The translations under genes were made by a program, and so were the position numbers. The notes beneath the pieces are model-generated. The model made no database searches, had not been told where the DNA came from, and saw only the letters and a program-made list of their open reading frames with translations. Of a stretch of DNA of 6,653 nucleotides, positions 1 through 6,032 are shown in pieces. Every line of letters starts with the position of its first letter. Within the stretch, counting starts at the first letter, position 1. Origin of the DNA: Octopus sinensis (Eukaryota); contig NW_021829275.1 of the NCBI RefSeq assembly GCF_006345805.1, forward strand, positions 1-6,653. Direction: 5' to 3'.

Positions 1-273
1 TTATGTATGCATATATGTGTACATATTTTGATGAATCTTTCAAATGCGGTGTGAGCGCCTGCCTGTGCATATAAGCGTACGACCAGTACTATATATGTAC
101 TATATATAAACTTATGTACTCGTTTTAAAAGCTAAAAGTGTCAGCAAGGAAGAAATATGAATATATTACTAAGGCTTCAGACAGTGTTATATTCTTTATA
201 AGTGTCGGCATAGAAAGAAAGCTCTTGATATGGGCTCTTCTATGCCATGTTATAACGCAGATGGTGGATGTCG

Positions 274-393
274 TTATTTTTTAATTATTTTATTTTTGGT
301 ACTCCGTCGCTTACGACGACGTGGTTTCCAAGGAATCCGATCAAGTAAACAGCCTGCTCGGGAAACTGCTGACAATTGTGCCAGCTCACCGCC
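274..393 (-). mobile_element. Degenerate or chimeric SINE remnant: short tRNA-like head joined to a SINE/LINE-type 3' tail with an A-rich end
   Basis: The minus strand reads GGCGGTGAGCTGGCACAATTGTCAGC (393-368), containing an A-box-like TGGCACAATTG (383-373) with no B box after it. It continues ...GAGCAGGCTGTTTACTTGATCGGATTCC...GTCGTAAGCGACGGAGTACC and ends in an A-rich tail (T-rich 274-297 on +). Both parts resemble octopus SINE ends as I recall them; this was not database-checked. Confidence 0.45.
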
Positions 394-476
394 TTCCGCA
401 GAACAAATATCATAATGGATTGTGTTTGGTGTTCTCATGGTTCTGCCATTTCACGGTCCTCCTGCAATTAAACAGT

Positions 477-818
477 TTGGGGAGAGCCCCTTCCGTCATG
501 AATGACCATCGGATTGCACCTAGAAAGCTACCCTCCGAGGTACAAGTCCTGGCAAGGTTGTTTATGGAAGTCCAGCAGTCGCCCATGCATACCAGCCTCC
601 CCTCTCCACACCACTGATGTTATCCAAGGGAAAGCAAAGGAGTTGAAACAGCTTGGAACCAGTGATGTCGCAACTCATTTCTACAGGTGAGTTAACTGGA
701 GCAACGTGAGATAAAGTGTCTTGCTCAAGAACACAACACGCAGCCCAGTCAGGGAATCGACATCACAACCTCACGATCGTAAGCTCGACGCTCTAACAAC
801 TGAGCTATGCGCCTTCAT
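477..818 (-). mobile_element. tRNA-derived CORE-SINE (octopus OR-type-like), apparently full length
   Basis: Minus strand: tRNA-like head GGCGCATAGCTCAGTTGTTAGAGCGTCGAGCTTACGATCG... with A box TAGCTCAGTTG (807-797) and a degenerate B box TGTCGATTC (762-754). The CORE-like block TTGTGTTCTTGAGCAAGACACTT...TAGAAATGAGT (736-673) is 57/65 identical to the copy at 2560-2624 and resembles the MIR CORE (CTTGGGCAAGTCACTT...TGTAAAATGGG). Flanked by the direct repeat AATTAA[A/G]CAGT (466-476 and 819-829). Confidence 0.88.
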
Positions 819-1658
819 AATTAAGCAGTATTAGCGCTTAGGAAAAATGTAACTTCCCTTCAGGGGCAGATGGAAGCAAATGATATTGACGAGGACAATA
901 AAACTAAAAGCTGACCAATACGTTGAAATAAAAACTAGCGACTCTAAAAAAGCACAACGCAAAAATATTTCGAGTACTACCACATTGTTGGAAAAATATG
1001 CTCTAAACAATTTATCCGAAAGACTATGAACACAGTTGTTTTACCTGACTAAATATTTAATAGTATTCTTTGCCTTTATTTTACTTACGCATGTATATAA
1101 ATTCAATTCTAAAATTGAATCTATGCTCATGACAAAAATACATTTGATCATAGTTATTTGCGTATTAATTTTCACCTGGGACTACAACAATTATTTCTAC
1201 AACATAACTAGAAATAATTTTTTTTTGAAATTAAACTAATATAAAATTACAATTTTTGAAAAATTAACCAGCCGTCGCAGTTTATTTGCGTATTTTTTTC
1301 TTTTCCAAATTCCTTGTGTATGGACATAAGTGTGCTTGTGTACTGGGCATCACGTGTACAGCGGTGTGCATATATTACGTGTTTTTCCTGTCCAGTTCTA
1401 TTCACTGCTCAATGAATTATCGGTTTCTCTGCACACTGAAGATAATTACGTGTGTATCAGTGTTTTATCTCGGCACAGAGTTGCTAAGGACAGCCAACTT
1501 ATGCATTGCACAAACTTGATAAGGTTTTGCGAGCCTTGCAAATAAATTGCCTTATATATGAAACTACATTGAAATACGATAATATTATATGTTGCTTGCC
1601 TTCCCTTTCTATAGTTATTATCGATATTATTACACACAAGCATACATAGGCAAATGTG

Positions 1659-1662
<4 letters not shown>

Positions 1663-1724
<62 letters not shown>

Positions 1725-1733
1725 CTATATATA
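1663..1733. repeat. (TA)n microsatellite
   Basis: Pure TA alternation at 1663-1711, with interrupted continuation to about 1733. Confidence 0.97.
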
Positions 1734-1885
1734 CAAACAACCATATAAAGAAGTATACGTTTCTCTTTCTCTCTTTCTCTCTCTGCGTAAATATATATGT
1801 TTGTATGTTTGTGTAATTATCTATGTATATATTCATATAAAATGTGTAAATATGCAAAAATACACATCTATTTATTTATCCTACA

Positions 1886-1891
<6 letters not shown>

Positions 1892-1921
<30 letters not shown>
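1892..1921. repeat. (TC)15 microsatellite
   Basis: Perfect TC run; a shorter imperfect CT tract lies at about 1761-1783. Confidence 0.97.
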
Positions 1922-1924
<3 letters not shown>

Positions 1925-2484
1925 CTCAATCTGTCGCTTTCATTCTCCCATGTAAATCAAATTTCAATCAATAATTTATTACGACACTTAATTTTAATTT
2001 GAATAACATTTCTGAAAATATATTTGTCTGCCAATGTTGAAAGCACATGAAGTCGTCCCCTTTGTTACCAAGCGCATTTACAACTAGCTTAAGTTACTAA
2101 TTTTCTTGGCAGTACTTCGCTTGTTGATTAGTGTCTGTTAACTACGCTACTTCCGATCGATACACTCAAATATATTTTAAATGGTAGTTAACAGCCAGAC
2201 ATTACGCATGGATGTTATAATAACTATTTCACTTTAGAAGTGAAACCGGTACGTAAATATTGTACTTTACGCGCGATCTGTCAGTACATTTTGAGGGAAT
2301 TTATTTGCTAAACAATAAAAAAAGGACTATTTGGTGTGTTAGTTTTTTATTTCATTATTGCATTTAATGGCAAAATCGCCATTGTTTGGTAAAAAAAAAT
2401 ATATTTCCTGCTCAACAAAGATAATGTAATATAAAATTTCTTCGGGTATTTCTGAACCCAGCCCCACCGAATTAGGTAGGCCTA

Positions 2485-2731
2485 ATTATGGCTTAGTGGT
2501 TAGGGTGCTGAACTCATGATCGTAAGGTTGTGGTTTCGATTCCTGGACCGGGCGACGCGTTGTGTTCTTGAGCAAAACACTTCATTTCACGTTGCTCCAG
2601 TCCACTCAGCTGGCAGAAATGAGTGATCGTGCGACGGACCGGCGTCCCGTCCAGGTGGGGAATTTCTACACCACTGAAACCAGGAAACCGGCCCTTATGA
2701 GCCTAACAAGGCACGAAAAGGAACATTTTTT
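2485..2731 (+). mobile_element. tRNA-derived CORE-SINE with a different 3' body from the 477-818 copy
   Basis: Consensus A box TGGCTTAGTGG (2489-2499), B box GTTTCGATTCC (2533-2543) and CORE-like block at 2560-2624. These are followed by GCGACGGACCGGCGTCCCGTCCAGG (2631-2655), GAAACCAGGAAACCGGCCCTTATGAG and a T6 run (2726-2731). The 5' boundary is approximate. Confidence 0.87.
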
Positions 2732-2828
2732 AATTGTGAAAATCAAGACAGCTACATATGTTTTCGAAAAATGTTCCCCGGTGTTGTCAATAAAATAATA
2801 AAAGCAGCTGACCAATTCTGTTACTTAC

Positions 2829-2848
2829 GGACAAAGAATACAATTGTG
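2829..2848 (-). other. Candidate 20-nt micro-exon
   Basis: Minus strand: a 63-nt AG-free, pyrimidine-rich stretch (2913-2851, including T9-CG-T10), then CAG|CACAATTGTATTCTTTGTCC|GTAAGT. Supported by splice-signal pattern only. Confidence 0.25.
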
Positions 2849-3117
2849 CTGATTCGGTGAGTAAGAGGTAGAAAAAAAAAACGAAAAAAAAAGATTGTCG
2901 TGATAGAAGAAAACTGACTGTAGTTTTGAAATCAGCCAATTTTAGTCTAAATCAAGTGAGAAAGCAAACTCAACAGAAATTATGTTCAAAATTGTGGCCC
3001 TGTGTTATGTGTGTATTATTGTAACAAGCAAGAGAGGAACGGAATCTCACACATGCTAGCTTCTGCACCTCGTTCTCCCTCCCTTTATTTCTATATTTCT
3101 AGTAATCTTTCTATCCA

Positions 3118-3136
3118 ACACACACACACACACACA
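3118..3136. repeat. (AC)n microsatellite
   Basis: Perfect AC run, followed by a short (TA)n at about 3170-3185 and a CT-rich tract at about 3197-3280. Confidence 0.95.
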
Positions 3137-3319
3137 GATTTGCATACACAGGCAGTCACACAAACATTGATATATATATATATATAATATACAGCCACTC
3201 TTCCTTGGTACTCTCCCTCTCTCGGTATCTCCCTCTTTCTGTGTCTCATTTCTATCACCCTCTTTTCCTCTTTTTCACTTTCACACACATACGCAAACAG
3301 AAACGCATATATGTGTGTA

Positions 3320-3580
3320 TACATACATACATACATACATACATACATACATACATACATCAACACATACATAAATCCTCATACTCATACACACACACAT
3401 ACATGGATACACACACTCACATGCACACACAAACATACAAACATAAATACACACACGCACATACATACACACACACTCATACATGCATAAATACACACAC
3501 GCACATATATACATACATAAATACACATACGCACATACATACATACATACATACCATACATACAATGGCACATGCACACA
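3320..3580. repeat. (TACA)10 followed by complex CA/CATA low-complexity repeat
   Basis: Perfect (TACA)10 at 3320-3359, then a degenerate CA/TA mosaic containing three copies of CATAAATACACA[C/T]ACGCACATA (3442, 3486, 3516). Confidence 0.95.
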
Positions 3581-3607
3581 TTTCGTCTACCGAAACAACT
3601 GGAAACC

Positions 3608-3621
3608 GTCTCTATGGCAAC
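3608..3621. promoter_or_regulatory. Candidate RFX-binding X-box
   Basis: GTCTCTATGGCAAC fits the 14-bp imperfect palindrome GTHNYY-AT-RRNAAC at every position. It sits in a roughly 180-bp non-repetitive island between microsatellites. Confidence 0.45.
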
Positions 3622-3751
3622 AGTAGACTTGCAGTTAATTATCTGTTTTCTTCGGCAGGACAAAAGAAGGAATTCCTACCATTATGTCTTGTTATTCGGG
3701 CGACAGCAATATATTACACATAGATTCTATGGAACTGTAACATTTACATGT

Positions 3752-4260
3752 AACACACAGACAGAATGTCATACACGCATACATCCACACACATATATAT
3801 ATATACACAGACACAGACACACACACACACACCGAAATACTCAAACAGAAATGTGAGTAAACTGACGAACAGACAGACATAGAAATGCATACATTTCACA
3901 CACCCAACTACATTCGCATACATATTATAAATATGCATTCGGTCATACACACATTCATACATGTAAGATTGCTACATGCACATATATATACGCACATGCA
4001 TACATACGTGCGTGAATACATATATGCATGCATGCATGCATACACATACAGCTTAACGGATATATGCATACATTTATGTATTACAGGCACGCAAACATAT
4101 GCCTATATTTATATATATTATTGAGCCAGCTATCGTGTATAGTTGCCCTTCTGCACGTGCTCACACACACACACACACATACGCATATGCACACATACAT
4201 AAATATTAGTGCTGTAATGGAAGAAGTGCAGATAGTTATCTATGCACACATACACACATC
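3752..4260. repeat. Degenerate CA/TA-rich low-complexity region
   Basis: Interspersed (CA)n, (TA)n, CAGA and CATG units, broken by short unique stretches. Confidence 0.85.
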
Positions 4261-4284
4261 ATTGCGAACTGTTTTGTAAATTTA

Positions 4285-4700
4285 CATCCATCCATCCATA
4301 CATACATACATACATACATACATGCATATAAGCATGCATATATACTTATATACATACATGCATACATACATAAATACATACATACATGCATGCATATATA
4401 TACTCATTACATACATGCATATTTACATGCATACATACATGCATATTTACATGTATACATACATATGTACATACATGCATGCATGCACACATACATACAT
4501 ATGTACATATATACATGCATACATACACACATACGTATATATGCTTGCATATATACTTATATACGTACGTGCATACATACATACATACATGCATATATAC
4601 ACTCATTCTTATATATACGTGCATACATGCATACATACATATGTACATACCTGCATACAATCATTCATACATACATGAGTTATACACACACAAATACACA
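4285..4700. repeat. Complex (CATA)/(CATG)/(TA) alternating purine-pyrimidine repeat
   Basis: (CATC)3 then (CATA)6 from 4285, followed by a mosaic with a 24-nt tandem duplication (4411-4434 / 4435-4458, one mismatch). Confidence 0.95.
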
Positions 4701-4798
4701 CCTGTACACAATTATGAATACTTTGAGTATTACATTTAAATCCGCACCTACTCATCGTCCGTTGTGTTCTTTCAATATCGTTGCGAATACACACTTAT

Positions 4799-4803
<5 letters not shown>

Positions 4804-4848
<45 letters not shown>

Positions 4849-4890
4849 CATCTGTCTACCTATCTATCTATCTATCTATCTAATCTATCT

Positions 4891-4921
<31 letters not shown>

Positions 4922-5030
4922 ATATTTATATCTATCTATTTATCTATTTATATGCGCATATATATATATATATATACATACATATGTGTGTATATTTATA
5001 TATATATTATATATATATAATTATAATTTA
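4804..5030. repeat. Compound (TA)n-(TCTA)n-(TA)n microsatellite
   Basis: TA run at 4804-4842, TCTA-type run at about 4851-4911, and TA-rich sequence to about 5030. Confidence 0.96.
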
Positions 5031-5040
5031 GGGTATCTAA

Positions 5041-5092
5041 GAGGTACCACCACGCTGGAAATAGCAGTCAAAACTTGACTCTAAAACCACAT
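5041..5092. repeat. Possible decayed fragment of an abundant octopus interspersed repeat
   Basis: GCTGGAAATAGCAGTCAAAACT resembles a common octopus repeat motif that I recall as GCTAGAAATAGCAGCCAAATCT. This is from memory only. Confidence 0.25.
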
Positions 5093-5345
5093 TAAATGTT
5101 CATACAGCACCATATATATATATATACACACGTACACATACACGAAGATGCTCATCTATACATTGTTTTATACATATATATCACTCTTATATTTGTGGAC
5201 ACAAGCATATAGAGCATTCGTATGCAAGCAGCATATATATATCTATATAAATGAGAGTGATCGTTATGCATACATACACACACAGACACACGCACACACA
5301 GATATACACACATATACACACTTCATGATTATTATTAAGACATAT

Positions 5346-5423
5346 AGAGGAAGACGGCGAAAGGAAAGAGAGAAAATGATGTATATAGGGAGAGAGAGGG
5401 AGGAGGGGAGAGAGAAAGAAGAT
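5346..5423. repeat. Purine-rich (GA/GGA) low-complexity tract
   Basis: Almost all A/G on the + strand, e.g. GGGAGAGAGAGGGAGGAGGGGAGAGAAAGAAG. Confidence 0.8.
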
Positions 5424-5660
5424 GTAAACGGGGCATAATGAATTTCACTCATACGGCCTTGAAAAAACCATACGTTCACCATTCACACACACATACCTTT
5501 TGGCTCATATATATATATATATACATATTAGATATTGGAATTTATATAAGGAAGACGTAACGAAAATTTTAGGAAAAAGAAAATAAGAAATAAGTGGAAA
5601 TCTTACCGTGAGTGTGTTAATCAGGAGGCACAAAAGAAAATGACCCTCCAGACACAACAG

Positions 5661-5863
<203 letters not shown>

Positions 5864-5865
5864 TA

Positions 5866-5895
5866 CGAGGGACGTTCAATAAGTAATGCCTCTGA
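5866..5895 (+). repeat. Left terminal inverted repeat of the mariner element (inner end approximate)
   Basis: Position after TA and similarity to irritans-type TIRs. The partner right TIR lies outside the window, so the length cannot be confirmed. Confidence 0.7.
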
Positions 5896-6032
5896 CCCAC
5901 TTGCAGTTGTTTGATCTAGCTGAAATTTTACATGTACAATTATTTATATCTCTATAGATTAAGTGGCTAATTACAGCTCTGGACTAATTGTGGTTTCTAA
6001 TTTACAGGTGTTTGAACTGAGTCAAGTGTGAA

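Noticed and set aside
230-690. ORFs 230..415, 321..617 and 502..690
   Set aside because: They overlap antisense SINE sequence, and the peptides are unrecognisable.
745-816. tRNA-like sequences here and at 2485-2555 as true tRNA genes
   Set aside because: The acceptor and anticodon stems do not pair properly, and both run directly into a CORE domain, so they are SINE heads.
1083-1088. Isolated donor-like hexamer (ACTTAC, i.e. GTAAGT on the minus strand) and similar sites elsewhere
   Set aside because: A few are expected by chance in 6.6 kb of AT-rich DNA, and this one has no strong matching acceptor.
1036-1545. Short hydrophobic ORFs (1036..1239, 1286..1519, 1330..1545)
   Set aside because: Two begin at non-ATG starts, the composition is what AT-rich non-coding DNA produces, and no motif is recognisable.
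1499-1974. ORFs with poly-(YI) tracts
   Set aside because: Artefacts of the (TA)n and (TC)n runs.
3091-5031. Long His/Thr/Tyr/Ile-rich and Val/Cys/Met-rich ORFs (e.g. 3205..3723, 4322..4678, 4390..5031 and minus-strand mirrors)
   Set aside because: They are translations of CA/CATA/TA microsatellites, which lack stop codons in several frames at once. There is no domain signal.
5607-5645. Possible 39-nt in-frame minus-strand exon (GAG|GGTCAT...CTCACG|GTAAGA, peptide [13 protein letters not shown])
   Set aside because: The donor is reasonable, but the acceptor is a rare GAG with almost no pyrimidine tract and abuts a TA array. It is too weak without transcript data.
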